Of a DNA stretch of 64,000 nt, positions 25,381-37,155 are shown in pieces. The notes beneath the pieces are model-generated. The model saw only the letters and a program-made list of their open reading frames with translations. It was not told where the DNA came from and made no database searches. Position 1 is the stretch's first letter. Each line of letters starts with the position of its first letter. The translations under genes were made by a program, and so were the position numbers. Source of the stretch: Mustelus asterias (lineage: Eukaryota); the NCBI RefSeq assembly GCF_964213995.1, contig NC_135804.1, forward strand, positions 68,014,001 to 68,078,000. Reading direction: 5' to 3'.

Positions 25381-26699
25381 CGCCCAAATCTAAGGCCGTG
25401 GTGCATTCATTTTTCGCTCATCTGGTTGACGATTTTTGCAAACAATTTACAAAGAAACATAGAAGCATAGAAACATAGAAACCCTACAGTGCAGAAGGAG
25501 GCCATTCGGCCCATCGAGTCTGCACCGACCACAACAAAGAACAATGAAGATTACAGCTCAGGAACAGGCCCTTCGGCACTCCAAGCCTGCCCCGAGCATA
25601 TTGCCCGACTGAACTAAAACCTCCTACCCGTCCGCGGTTCATATCCCTCTATTCCTATCCTATTCATGTATATATCCAGACGCTCCTTAAAAGTCATCAT
25701 CGTACCTGCCTGCACTACATCCCCGGCAGCGGGTTCCAGGCACCCACCACCCACTGTGCAAAAAAATTGCCTCGTGCGTCTCCTTTAGACCTTGCTGCTC
25801 ACAGCTTAAACTTATGCCCCCAAGTGATTGACTCTTCCACCCTGGAGAAAAGCTTCTGACTACCCACTCTGTCCATGCCCCTCATAATCTTGTAGACTTC
25901 TATCAGCTCGCCCCTCAATCTCCTTCGTTCCAATTAAACAAACAAAGTTTCTCCAACCTCTTCTCACAGCTAATGCTCCCCATACCAGGCAAAGAACTGG
26001 TAAATCTTTTATGTATCCTCCCCAAAGCCTCCATATACTCCTGGTTGTGTGGTGACCAAAATTGAACACTATATTCCAAGTGCGGCCTCACTAAAGTTCT
26101 ATAAACTGCAACATAACTTGCCAATTTTTAAACTCAATGCCCCAGCCGATGAAGACAAGAATACCCTATGTGTTCTTGACTACCTTCTTCATCTGCATTG
26201 CCATTATCAGTGATCTGTATACCTGTACACCCAGATCCATCTGCGTTTCAATATTCTTAAGGGTTCTGCAATTTACTGTAGATTTCCCATCTGTATTACA
26301 CCTTCCAAAATGCATTACCTCACATTTGTCCGGATTAAACTCCATCTGCCATCTCTCTGCCCAAATATCCAACCGATGTATATCCTGCTGTATTCTCTGA
26401 TGGTCCTCAACACTATCCACAAATCCACCAACCTTTCTGTCATCCACAAACTTACTGATCAAACCAGTTACATTTTCCTCCAAATTATTTATGTAAATGA
26501 AAACAGCAAAGGTCCCAAAACCGATCCCTGAGGAACGCCACTTGTCACAGCCCTCCATTCAGAAACGCACCTTCCACTGTTATCCTCTGTCTTCTATGAC
26601 CGACATGATGTGGAGATGCCGGCGTTGGACTGGGGTGGACACAGTAAGAGTTTTAACAACACCAGGTTAAATTCCAACAGGGTCATTTGGTAGCAAATA

Positions 26700-26736
26700 C
26701 CATTAGCTTTCGGAGCGCTGCTCCTTCGTCAGATGG
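26700..26736 (-). ncRNA. Minimal type-I hammerhead ribozyme (PLE pLTR)
   Basis: CCAU-CUGACGA-A-GGAGC-AGC-GCUCC-GAAA-GC-UA-AUGG. Confidence 0.85.
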
Positions 26737-28497
26737 AGTGGAACTCTGCTCTCAAACAGGGCACAGAGACACAAAATCAAGTTACAGAATACTGATTAGA
26801 ATACGAATCCCTACATCCAACCAGATCTTAAAGATACAGACAATGTGGGTGGAGGGAGCATTAAGCACAGGTTAAAGAGATGTGTATTGTCTCCAGACAG
26901 GACAGCCCGCAAGTCCAGGAGGCAAGCTGTGGGGGTTACTGATAATGTGACATAAATCCAACATCCCGGTTTAGGCTGTCATCATGTGTGCGGAACTTGG
27001 CGATCAGTTTCTGCTCAGCGACTCTGCGCTGTCGTGTGTCGTGATGGCCGCCTTGGAGAACGCTTACCTGAAGATCAGAGGCTGAATGCCCGTGACTGCT
27101 GAAGTGCTCCCCCACAGGAAGAGGACAGTCTTGCCTGGGGATTGTGGAGCAGTGTTCATTCATCCGTTGTCGTAGCGTCTGCATGGTTTCCCCAATGTAC
27201 CATGCCTCGGGGCATCCTTTCCTGCAGCGTATCAGGTAGACAACGTTGGCCGAGTTGCAAGAGTAGGTACCGTGTACCTGGTAGATGGTGTTCTCACGTG
27301 AGATGATGGCATCCGTGCCGATGATCCGGCATGTCTTGCAGTGGTTGCTGTGGCAGGGTTGTGTGGTGTCGTGGTCACTGTTCTCCTGAAGGCTGGGTAG
27401 TTTGCTGCGGACAATGGTCTGTTTGAATTTGCGCGGTTGTCTGAAGGCAAGAAGTGGGGGTGTGGGGATGGCCTTGGCGAGATGTTCGTCTTCATCAATG
27501 ACATGTTGAAGGCTCCGGAGTAGATGCTATGGCTTCTCCGCTCCAAATTATTTAAATATAAATGATTATTTATTTATTTATTTTTCACTGTGGCGCGTCG
27601 CAACTGTTGATCAATCAACAGTTCCGACGCACCACAGCGAAAAACCGCACCGACCTCCTCAGAAGACAAACACGGGACACGGTGGACTGAGTACCCTTCG
27701 TCGTCCAGTACTTCCCCGGAGCCTTCAACATGTCATTGATGAAGACAAACATCTCGCCAAGGCCATCTCCACACGCCCACATCTTGCCTTCAAACAACCG
27801 CACAACCTCTAACAGACCATTGTCCGCTGCAAACTACCCAGCCTTCAGGAGAACAGTGACCACGACACCACACAACCCTGCCACAGCAACCTCTGCAAGA
27901 CGTGCCAGATCATCGACACGGATGCCATCATCTCACGTGAGAACACCATCTACCAGGTACACGGTACCTACTCTTGCAACTCGGCCAACGTTGTCTACCT
28001 GATACGCTGCAGGAAAGGATGTCCTGAGGCATGGTACATTGGGGAAACCATGCAGACGCTACGACAACGGATGAATGAACACCATTCGACAATCCCCAGG
28101 CAAGACTGTTCTCTTCCTGTGGGGGAGCACTTCAGCAGTCACAGGCATTCAGCCTCTGATCTTCAGGTAAGCATTCTCCAAGGCGTCCTTCACGACACAC
28201 GACAGCGCAGAGTCGCTGAGCAGAAACTAACAGCCAAGTTCCGCACACATGAGAATGACCGAAACTGGGATGTTGGATTTATGTCACATTATCAGCAACC
28301 CCCACAGCTTGCCTCCTGGACTTGCAGGCTGTCCAGTCTGGAGACAATACACATCTCTTTAACCTGTGCTTCATGATCCCTCCACCCACATTGTCTGTAT
28401 CTTTAAGGACTGGTTGGCTGTAGGGATTCGCATTCTAATCAGTATTCTGTAACTTGATTTTGGGTGTCTGTGCTCTGTTTGAGAGCAGGTTTCCACT

Positions 28498-28534
28498 CCA
28501 TCTGATGAAGGAGCAACGCTCCGAAAGCTAATGG
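28498..28534 (+). ncRNA. Minimal type-I hammerhead ribozyme
   Basis: CCAU-CUGAUGA-A-GGAGC-AAC-GCUCC-GAAA-GC-UA-AUGG. Confidence 0.85.
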
Positions 28535-28969
28535 TGTTTTCTACCAAATAAACCTGTTGGACTTTAACCTGGTGTTGTTAAAACTCTTTCTATGAACGAG
28601 CCAGTTCTGTATCCATCTTGCCAGCTCACCTCTGATCCCGTGCGACTTCACCTTCTGTACCAGTCTGCCATGAGGGGCCTTGTTAACGGCCTTACTGAAT
28701 CCATGTAGACAACATCTACTGACCTACCCTCATCAATCCTCTTCGTCACTACCTCGAAAAACTCTATCAAGTTAATGGGACACGACCATCCCTTCGCAAA
28801 ATCATGTTGCTTATTGCTAACACGTCTACTTAGTTCCAAGTGTGAGTAAATCCTGTCCCAAAGAATCTTCTCCCATAATTCCCCTACCACTGACGTAAGG
28901 CTCACCAGCCTGTAATTACCTGGATTATCATCACTACCCTTCTTAAACAAAAGAATAACATTGGATATT

Positions 28970-31900
28970 AGAACATAGAACATAGAACATAGAACATTAC
29001 AGCGCAGAACAGGCCCTTCGGCCCACGATGTTGCACCGACCAGTTAAAAAAAAAACTGTGACCCTCCAACCTAAACCAATTTCTTTTCGTCCATGAACCT
29101 ATCTACGGATCTCTTAAACGCCCCCAAACTAGGCGCATTTACTACTGATGCTGGCAGGGCATTCCAATCCCTCACCACCCTCTGGGTAAAGAACCTACCC
29201 CTGACATCGGTTCTATAACTACCCCCCCTCAATTTAAAGCCATGCCCCCTCGTGCTGGATTTCTCCATCAGAGGAAAAAGGCTATCACTATCCACCCTAT
29301 CTAAACCTCTAATCATCTTATATGTTTCAATAAGATCCCCTCTTAGCCGCCGCCTTTCCAGCGAAAACAATCCCAAATCCCTCAGCCTCTCCTCATAGGA
29401 TCTCCCCTCCATACCAGGCAACATCCTGGTAAACCTCCTCTGCACCCTCTCCAAAGCCTCCACATCCTTCCTGTAATGTGGGGACCAGAACTGCACACAG
29501 TACTCCAAGTGCGGCCGCACCAGAGTTGTGTACAGTTGCAACATAACGCTACGACTCCTAAATTCAATCCCCCTACCAATAAACGCCAAGACACCATATG
29601 CCTTCTTAACAACCTTATCTACTTGATTCCCAACTTTCAGGGATCTATGCACACATACACCTAGATCCCTCTGCTCCTCCACACTATTCAAAGTCCTCCC
29701 GTTAGCCCTATACTCAACACATCTGTTATTCCTACCAAAGTGAATTACCTCACACTTCTCCGCATTAAACTCCATCCGCCACCTCTCGGCCCAACTTTGC
29801 AACCTGTCTAAGTCTTCCTGCAAACTACGACACCCTTCCTCACTGTCTACCACACCACCGACTTTGGTGTCATCAGCAAATTTGCTAATCCACCCAACTA
29901 TACCCTCATCCAGATCATTAATAAATATTACAAACAGCAGTGGCCCCAAAACAGATCCCTGAGGTACACCACTTGTAACCGCACTCCATGATGAATATTT
30001 ACTATCAACCACCACCCTCTGTTTCCTATCCGCTAGCCAATTCCTGATCCAATTTCCTAGATCACCCCCAATCCCATACATCTGCATTTTCTGCAGAAGC
30101 CTACCATGGTGAACCTTATCAAACGCCTTACTAAAATCCATATATACCACGTCCACTGCCTTGCCCCCATCCACCTCCTTGGTCACTCTCTCAAAAAACT
30201 CAATAAGGTTAGTAAGGCACGACCTACCTGCCACAAAACCATGCTGACTATCACCTATCAATTCATTACTCTCCAAATAACTATAAATCCTATCCCTTAT
30301 AATTTTTTCCAACATCTTGCCGACAACAGAAGTGAGACTCACCGGTCTATAATTCCCGGGGAAGTCTCTGTTCCCCTTCTTAAACAATGGGACAACATTC
30401 GCTAACCTCCAATCTTCTGGTACTATACCAGAGGCCAACGACGACCTGAAGATCAGAGCCAGAGGCTCTGCAATCACTTCTCTTGCCTCCCAGAGAATCC
30501 TTGGATAAATCCCATCCGGACCAGGGGATTTATCTATTTTCAGACCCTCCAGAATATCCTGCACATCCTCCTTATCAACTGTAATACTGTCTATTCTACT
30601 CCCTTGCAACCCAGTGTCCTCCTCAGCTATATTCATGTCCCCTTGCGTGAACACCGAAGAGAAATATTGGTTCAATGCTTCACCAATCTCCTCCGGTTCC
30701 ACACATAACTTCCCTCTGCCATCTATAACTGGCCCTAAACTTGCCCTAACCAACCTTCTGTTCTTGACATACCTATAGAACGCCTTAGGATTCTCTTTAA
30801 CCCTATCCGCCAAAGTCTTCTCATGTCCCCTTTTAGCCCTTCTAAGCTCGCTCTTCAACTCCCTCTTAGCCAATCTAAAGCTTTCTAGTGCACTACCCGA
30901 GTGCTCACGTCTCATCCGAACATAAGCCTCCTTTTTCTTTTTAACCAACAAAGAAACTTTTTTGGTGCACCACGGTTCCCTAGCCCTACCAATTCCTCCT
31001 TGCCTGACAGGGACATACCTATCACAGACTCGCAGTAGCTGCTCCTTGAAAAAACTCCACATGTCGGACGTTCCCAGTCCCTGTAATCTCCTAGTCCAAC
31101 CTATGTTTCCTAATTCTCTCCTAATAGCCTCATAATTACCCTTCCCCCAGCTAAAACCACTGGCCCGAGGTTCATGCCTATCCCTTTCCATTACTAAGGT
31201 GAACGTAACCGAATTGTGGTCACTATCACCAAAATGCACACCAACTTCCAAGTCTAGCACCTGGTCTGGCTCATTTCCCAGCACCAGATCCAATATAGCC
31301 TCACCTCTAGTTGGCCTGTCTACATACTGAGTCAAAAAACCTTCCTGCACGCTTTGAACAAAAACTGACCCCTCTAACGAGCTAGAGCTATAACAATTCC
31401 AGTCAATATTAGTCAAGTTAAAATCCCCCATAACAATTGCCCTATTACTTTCACTCCTAAGCAGGATTGACTCCGCAATCCTTTCCTCAACCTCTCTAGA
31501 ACTTTTAGGAGGTCTATAAAAGACTCCCAACAGGGTGACCTCTCCTCTCCTATTTCTAATCTCCGCCCATACTACCTCAACAGATAAGTCCTCATCAAAC
31601 CTCCTCTCTGACACTGTGATACAATCTCTGACCAATAATGCTACCCCTCCCCCTCTTCTACCTCCTTCCCTACTTCGACTAAAACATTTGAACCCCGGGA
31701 CCTGCAGCATCCATTCCTGCCCCTGCTCTATCCATGTCTCTGAAATAGCCACAACATCGAAGTCCCAGGTACTGATCCACGCTGCAAGTTCACCCACTTT
31801 ATTGCGAATACTCCTGGCATTGAAGTATACACATTTCAAACCCTGCTCCACCCCACCTCTGCAATGCCGTGCATTGCAGTCCCCATCCATGCATCCCTCA

Positions 31901-32195
31901 CTTTCAGCCCCACTACTCAGGATCCCTCCCCCCCCCCCGAATCAGTTTAAACCTCCCTGCATGGTCTTAGCAAATTTACCCCCCAGGATATTGGTCCCCT
32001 TCTGATTTAGGTGTAGACCATCCTTCTCATAGAGGTCACACCTTCCCCAGTACGAGCCCCAATTGCTTAAGTACCTGAACCCCTCCCTCCTGCACCATCC
32101 CCTCAGCCATGAATTCAAACCTTCCCTCTCCCTATTCCTCTCTAAACTATCCCGTGGTACAGGCAAGAGTCCAGAGATAACCACTCTGTCAGTCT
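28970..32195 (-). mobile_element. Young CR1 LINE, 5'-truncated within ORF1
   Basis: (agaacat)n tail at 28970; ORF1 esterase C-terminus ending GGLN* at 31942; intact ORF2. Confidence 0.96.
29071..31890 (-). CDS. CR1 ORF2: APE endonuclease + reverse transcriptase, 939 aa, uninterrupted
   Basis: YFNARS, ISETW, YRPP, GDFN, LDL, SDH; NYRPVSL, QHGF, DFSKAFD, GVPQGSVLGP, FADD. Confidence 0.95.
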   Translation of the reverse strand: MDGDCNARHCRGGVEQGLKCVYFNARSIRNKVGELAAWISTWDFDVVAISETWIEQGQEWMLQVPGFKCFSRSREGGRRGGGVALLVRDCITVSERRFDEDLSVEVVWAEIRNRRGEVTLLGVFYRPPKSSREVEERIAESILLRSESNRAIVMGDFNLTNIDWNCYSSSSLEGSVFVQSVQEGFLTQYVDRPTRGEAILDLVLGNEPDQVLDLEVGVHFGDSDHNSVTFTLVMERDRHEPRASGFSWGKGNYEAIRRELGNIGWTRRLQGLGTSDMWSFFKEQLLRVCDRYVPVRQGGIGRAREPWCTKKVSLLVKKKKEAYVRMRREHSGSALESFRLAKRELKSELRRAKRGHEKTLADRVKENPKAFYRYVKNRRLVRASLGPVIDGRGKLCVEPEEIGEALNQYFSSVFTQGDMNIAEEDTGLQGSRIDSITVDKEDVQDILEGLKIDKSPGPDGIYPRILWEAREVIAEPLALIFRSSLASGIVPEDWRLANVVPLFKKGNRDFPGNYRPVSLTSVVGKMLEKIIRDRIYSYLESNELIGDSQHGFVAGRSCLTNLIEFFERVTKEVDGGKAVDVVYMDFSKAFDKVHHGRLLQKMQMYGIGGDLGNWIRNWLADRKQRVVVDSKYSSWSAVTSGVPQGSVLGPLLFVIFINDLDEGIVGWISKFADDTKVGGVVDSEEGCRSLQEDLDRLQSWAERWRMEFNAEKCEVIHFGRNNRCVEYRANGRTLNSVEEQRDLGVCVHRSLKVGNQVDKVVKKAYGVLAFIGRGIEFRSRSVMLQLYTTLVRPHLEYCVQFWSPHYRKDVEALERVQRRFTRMLPGMEGRSYEERLRDLGLFSLERRRLRGDLIETYKMIRGLDRVDSDSLFPLMEKSSTRGHGFKLRGGSYRTDVRGRFFTQRVVRDWNALPASVVNAPSLGAFKRSVDRFMDEKKLV

Positions 32196-32346
32196 TGGCC
32201 TTCTCCAGTCCTCTTGGCATTCTCCAGTCCTCTGGGATCTCCACTGTAGTCATGATGTGGAGATGCCGGCGTTGGACTGGGGTAAGCACAGTAAGAAGTC
32301 TCACAACACCAGGTTAAAGTCCAACAGGTTTATTTGGTAGCAAATA

Positions 32347-32383
32347 CCATAAGCTTTCGGAGCAATGCTCCTTCGTCAGATGG
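32347..32383 (-). ncRNA. Minimal type-I hammerhead ribozyme
   Basis: CCAU-CUGACGA-A-GGAGC-AUU-GCUCC-GAAA-GC-UU-AUGG. Confidence 0.82.
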
Positions 32384-34759
32384 AGTGGTCTCTGTTCTCA
32401 AACAGGGCACAGACACGGAAATCAAATTACAGAATACTGATTAGAATGCAAATCTCTACAGCCAGCCAGGTCTTAAATGCACAGACAATGTGGGTGGCGG
32501 GAGCATTCAACACAGGTTAAAGAGATGTGTATTGTCTCCAGACAGTACAGCTTGTGAAATTGTGCAAGTCCAGGAGTCAAGCTGTGGGGGTTACTGATAA
32601 TGTGACATAAATCCAACATCCCGGTTTAGACCGTCCTCATGTGTGCGAAACTTGGCTATCAGTTTCTGCTCAGTGACTCTGCGCTGTCGTGTGTCGTGAA
32701 GGCCGCCTTGGAGAACGCTTACCTGAAGATCAGAGGCTGAATGCCCGTGACTGCTGAAGTGCTCCCCCACAGGAAGAGAACAGTCTTGCCTGGTGATTGT
32801 CGAGCGTTGTTCATTCATCCGTTGTCGTAGCGTCTGCATGGTTTCCCCAATGTACCATGTCTCGGGACATCCTTTCTTGCAGCGTATCAGGTAGACAACG
32901 TTGGCCGAGTTGCAAGAGTAGGTACCATGTACCTGGTAGATGGTGTTCTCACGTGAGATGATGGCATCCGTGTTGATGATCCGGCACGTCTTGCAGAGGC
33001 TGCTGTGGCAGGGTTGTGTGGTGTCGTGGTCACTGTTCTCCTGAAGGCTGGGTAGTTTGCTGCGGACAATGGTCTATTTGAGGTTGCGTGGTTGTTTGAA
33101 GGCAAGAAGTGGGGGTGTGGGGATGGCCTTGACGAGATCTTCGTCTTCATCAATGACATGTTGAAGGCTCCGGAGGAGATGCCGTAGCTTCTCCCCTCCG
33201 GGGAAGTACTGGACGACGAAGGGTACTCTGTCCACCGTGTCCCGTGTTTGTCTTCTGAGGAGGTCGGTGCGGTTTTTCGCTGTGGCACGTCGGAACTGTT
33301 GATCGATGAGTCGAGCGCCATATCCTGTTCTTATGAGGGCATCTTTCAGCGTCTGGAGGTGTCTGTTGCGATCCTCCTCATCCGAGCAGATCCTGTGTAT
33401 TCGGAGGGCTTGTCCGTAGGGGATGGCTTCTTTTACGTGTTTAGGGTGGAAGCTGCAGAAGTGGAGCATCATGAGGTTATCCGTGGGCTTGCGGTACAGT
33501 GAGGTGCTGAGGTGACCGTCCTTAATGGAGATGTGTGTGTCCAAGAATGCAACCGATTCCGGAGAGTAGTCCATGGTGAGTCTGATGGTGGGGTGGAACT
33601 TGTTGATGTCAGCATATAATTGTTTCAGTGATTGCTCACCATGACTCGTAAAGCCATGACATGTACCGCAAGCCCACGGATAACCTCATGATGCTCCACT
33701 TCTCCAGCTTCCACCCTAAACACGTAAAAGAAGCCATCCCCTACGGACAAGCCATTCGAATACACAGGATCTGCTCGGATGAGGAGGATCGCAACAGACA
33801 CCTCCAGACGCTGAAAGATGCCCTCATAAGAACAAGATATGGCGCTCGACTCATCGAGCAACAGTTCCGACGTGCCACAGCGAAAAACCGCACCGACCTC
33901 CTCAGATGACAAACACGGGACACGGTGGACAGAGTACCCTTCGTCGTCCAGTACTTCCCCGGAGGGGAGAAGCTACGGCATCTCCTCCGGAGCCTTCAAC
34001 ATGTCATTGATGAAGACGAACATCTCGCCAAGGCCATCCCCACACCCCCACTTCTTGCCTTCAAACAACCACGCAACCTCAAACAGACCATTTTCCGCAG
34101 CAAACTACCCAGCCTTCAGGAGAACAGTGACCACGACACCACACAACCCTGCCACAGCAACCTCTGCAAGACGTGCCGGATCATCAACACGGATGCCATC
34201 ATCTCACGTGAGAACACCATCTACCAGGTACATGGTACCTACTCTTGCAACTCGGCCAACGTTGTCTACCTGATACGCTGCAAGAAAGGATGTCCCGAGG
34301 CATGGAACATTGCGGAAACCATGCAGACGCTACGACAACGGATGAAACACCAGGCAAGACTGTTCTCTTCCTGTGGGGGAGCACTTCAGCAGTCACGGGC
34401 ATTCAGCCTTGGATCTTCAGGTAAGCGTTCTCCAAGGCGGCCTTCACGACACACGACAGCGCAGAGTCACTGAGCAGAAACTGATAGCCAAGTTTCGCAC
34501 ACATGAGGACGGTCTAAACCGGGATGTTGGATTTATGTCACATTATCAGTAACCCCCACAGCTTGACTCCTGGACTTGCACAATTTCACAGGCTGTACTG
34601 TCTGGAGACAATACACATCTCTTTAACCTGTGTTGAATGCTCCCGCCACCCACATTGTCTGTGCATTTAAGACCTGGCTGGCTGTAGAGATTTGCATTCT
34701 AATCAGTATTCTGTAATTTGATTTCTGTGTCTGTGCCCTGTTTGAGAACAGAGACCACT

Positions 34760-34796
34760 CCATCTGACGAAGGAGCATTGCTCCGAAAGCTTATGG
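34760..34796 (+). ncRNA. Minimal type-I hammerhead ribozyme
   Basis: Exact reverse complement of 32347-32383. Confidence 0.82.
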
Positions 34797-36864
34797 TATT
34801 TGCTACCAAATAAACCTGTTGGACTTTAACCTGGTGTTGTGAGACTTCTTACTGATCTCCACTGTAGCCAGTGAGGATATAAAGATTTCCCTCAAGGCCT
34901 CCGCAATGTCCTTCCTTGTCTCTCTCAGTATTTTGGGTTATATCCCATCAGGCACTGGGGAGTTGTCTACCTTAAAGTTTCTCAAGACCCCCAATACCTC
35001 CTCCTGTTTGATCTCAACATCACTCAAACTATCTATATACCCTTCCCCACACTCATCATTCATCAAGTTCTTCTCTTTGGTAAATACTGATGCAAAGTAC
35101 TAATTTAATACCTCACCCATTTCCTCTCGTTCCATGCATAGATTCCCTACACGTCCTTGAGTGGGCCAACTCTCTCCCTGGCTATCCTCTTGCTCTTTAT
35201 ATATGTATAAAAAGTCTTGGGATTTTGTTTAATCATGCTGGCCAATGACTTTTTGTGACCCCTTTTTGCCCTCCTTACTCCTTGCTTAAGTTTCTTTCTA
35301 CTATCCTTGTATTCCACACTTGCCTCGCGTGTTCCCAGCCTCCAAACCTTAGCACATGCTTCCTTTTTCTCTTTAACTCGGCTCACAATACCTCTTGTTA
35401 TCCATGGTTCCCAACACCTGCCGTACTTATCCTTCATCCTTCCAGGAGTGTGCTGATCCTGAATTCCTATCAGCTTACACTTGAAAGCCCCCCACAAGCC
35501 AGGTGCTGACTTGTCATCAGACATCTACCCAAATCTGCATTCTTCAGTTCCTGCCCAATGCTGTTGTAATTAGCCTTTCCCCAGTTTAGCACCTTCAATT
35601 GAGGACGACACTTATCTTTATCCATCAATACCTTAAAGCTTACTGAAGTGTAGTCACTGTTTCCGAACTGCTTCCCTACTGAAATGTTGACCACCTGGCC
35701 GGCTCATTCCCCAATACCAGGACACATGTGGTGCTTCCACCATTGTCAGTTTGGGAATGGTCGTCGATTCTCCTATATTCCTGCCAGACTTTTCATAAAG
35801 CTCATCACCATTCACGATTGCCTTTGGCTGTAGTACAAAACTTTGCTATAGCCCTTTGTACTGGTCATGCCTTTGGCGGTAAATTACAATGTCTTCTTGA
35901 AGTCTTGTGTGTTAGCTTCGTTTTGCTTGTACCACATTTTCAGATGTGTTTTTCAGTGCTCCTGGCATTATTGGTCATGTCCGCAATGGAATGGTGTTGC
36001 TGGTTATGGTACAATGACAGAATTGCTGAACGATGAGTTTTCAGGTTAACGATGAAGACACTTCTATATCTAATGCCTCACAGGTCGGCATGGATGTACA
36101 GTCTGAACCTGCTACACCGATTTCAGATCAAATCTATTTAACACGATTTTAACACACATAAAATGATGAATAATCTTCTCAGCTCCACATCCATGAAGAC
36201 TGTTCAGCTGTATTTCACAATATTTTTGTAATGGACAAATGAAACTGAAAAAGATAATTGTTGAGTACGGAATCACTTGGACTGTTGAGCGAGTATATAC
36301 TTCTTTGGATCTCCTGCTGAAGCCTTTCTTCTTCTCTCCGAACCTGCCCTCTGAACATTGACTGGTACACCCATCATTAATTGCTTGGCCCGATTTGAAG
36401 AGGTGCTCCTGAACCAGGATTTATGATTGATTTTCAGAGAAAATACTTTTGCCACACTTACTACTCGAATGCTTCCTCCAGCTGAATTTGAAGCAGCATT
36501 GATTCCCCAATTGAGGGAACAGAGGAAGTAATCACCAAATAGAGCATAGAATGAAAAAAAGGATGTCTATTTCTATTGGGAAAATTGGGCATAGCAGAAT
36601 GTTATTTAAATTGATTCTGATTGCATAATGCATCAATGCAGATGACCTGTACACTCGTGTCCACGAATCACAATAATGAGAGCAACAAAGTACAAACAAG
36701 TGAAGGGTTAATAAATAATGAATACAGCACAGCAGTGACATGCAAACGGATAAAAAGTGGTCAAGAAATTCAAGCCACAAAGACTATTGGTGAGTGCTGA
36801 GACAAATATCCCAGGCTATACAATAGGCAGGATGGGTTCCAGGAAATGTAAAACCGGATGGTAA

Positions 36865-37155
36865 AATCATAGGTTTAAGGTGAGAGGAGAGAGATACAAA
36901 AAGATCCAGAGGGGCATTTTTTTCAGAGGGTGGTGAGCGTCTGGAACGAGCTACCCTAGGTAGAAGTGGAGACGGGCAAAATTTTGTCTTTTATAATGCA
37001 TTTAGACAGTTACATGGGTAAGATTGGTATAGGTGGATGTGGGCCAAACGCAGGCAATTGGGACTACCTTAGTGGTAAAAACTGGACGGCATGGACACGT
37101 TGGGCCTGTGGGCCTGCTTCCAAGCTGTAAAGGTCTATGATGCTATGATTCTATA
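36865..37155 (+). mobile_element. CR1 3'-end fragment
   Basis: Matches 11950-12240; tail ctatgatgctatgattctat. Confidence 0.85.

Larger units (their letters stand above)
26605..28588. mobile_element. Penelope-like element (Neptune-type), head-to-head inverted pair of 5'-truncated copies
   Basis: GIY-YIG motif NVVYLIRCRKGCPEAWYIGET and Cys-rich linker on both arms; minus arm 26605-27612, plus arm 27613-28588; TSD ttctatga(c/a)cga 26592-26603 / 28588-28599. Confidence 0.9.
32252..34853. mobile_element. Penelope-like element (Neptune-type), head-to-head inverted pair
   Basis: Minus arm 32252-33648 (RT thumb FLDT..LYRKPT, GIY-YIG), about 14-nt filler, plus arm 33663-34853; perfect 14-bp TSD gatctccactgtag 32236-32249 / 34854-34867. 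Confidence 0.93.
25535..35722 (-). mobile_element. Older CR1 LINE split into four pieces (25535-26603, 28589-28969, about 32195-32250, 34854-35722) by three nested insertions
   Basis: ORF2 text continues in order across each junction (FVDD; NYRLVSLTS; EIPEDWR; CWEPWIT). Confidence 0.85.
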
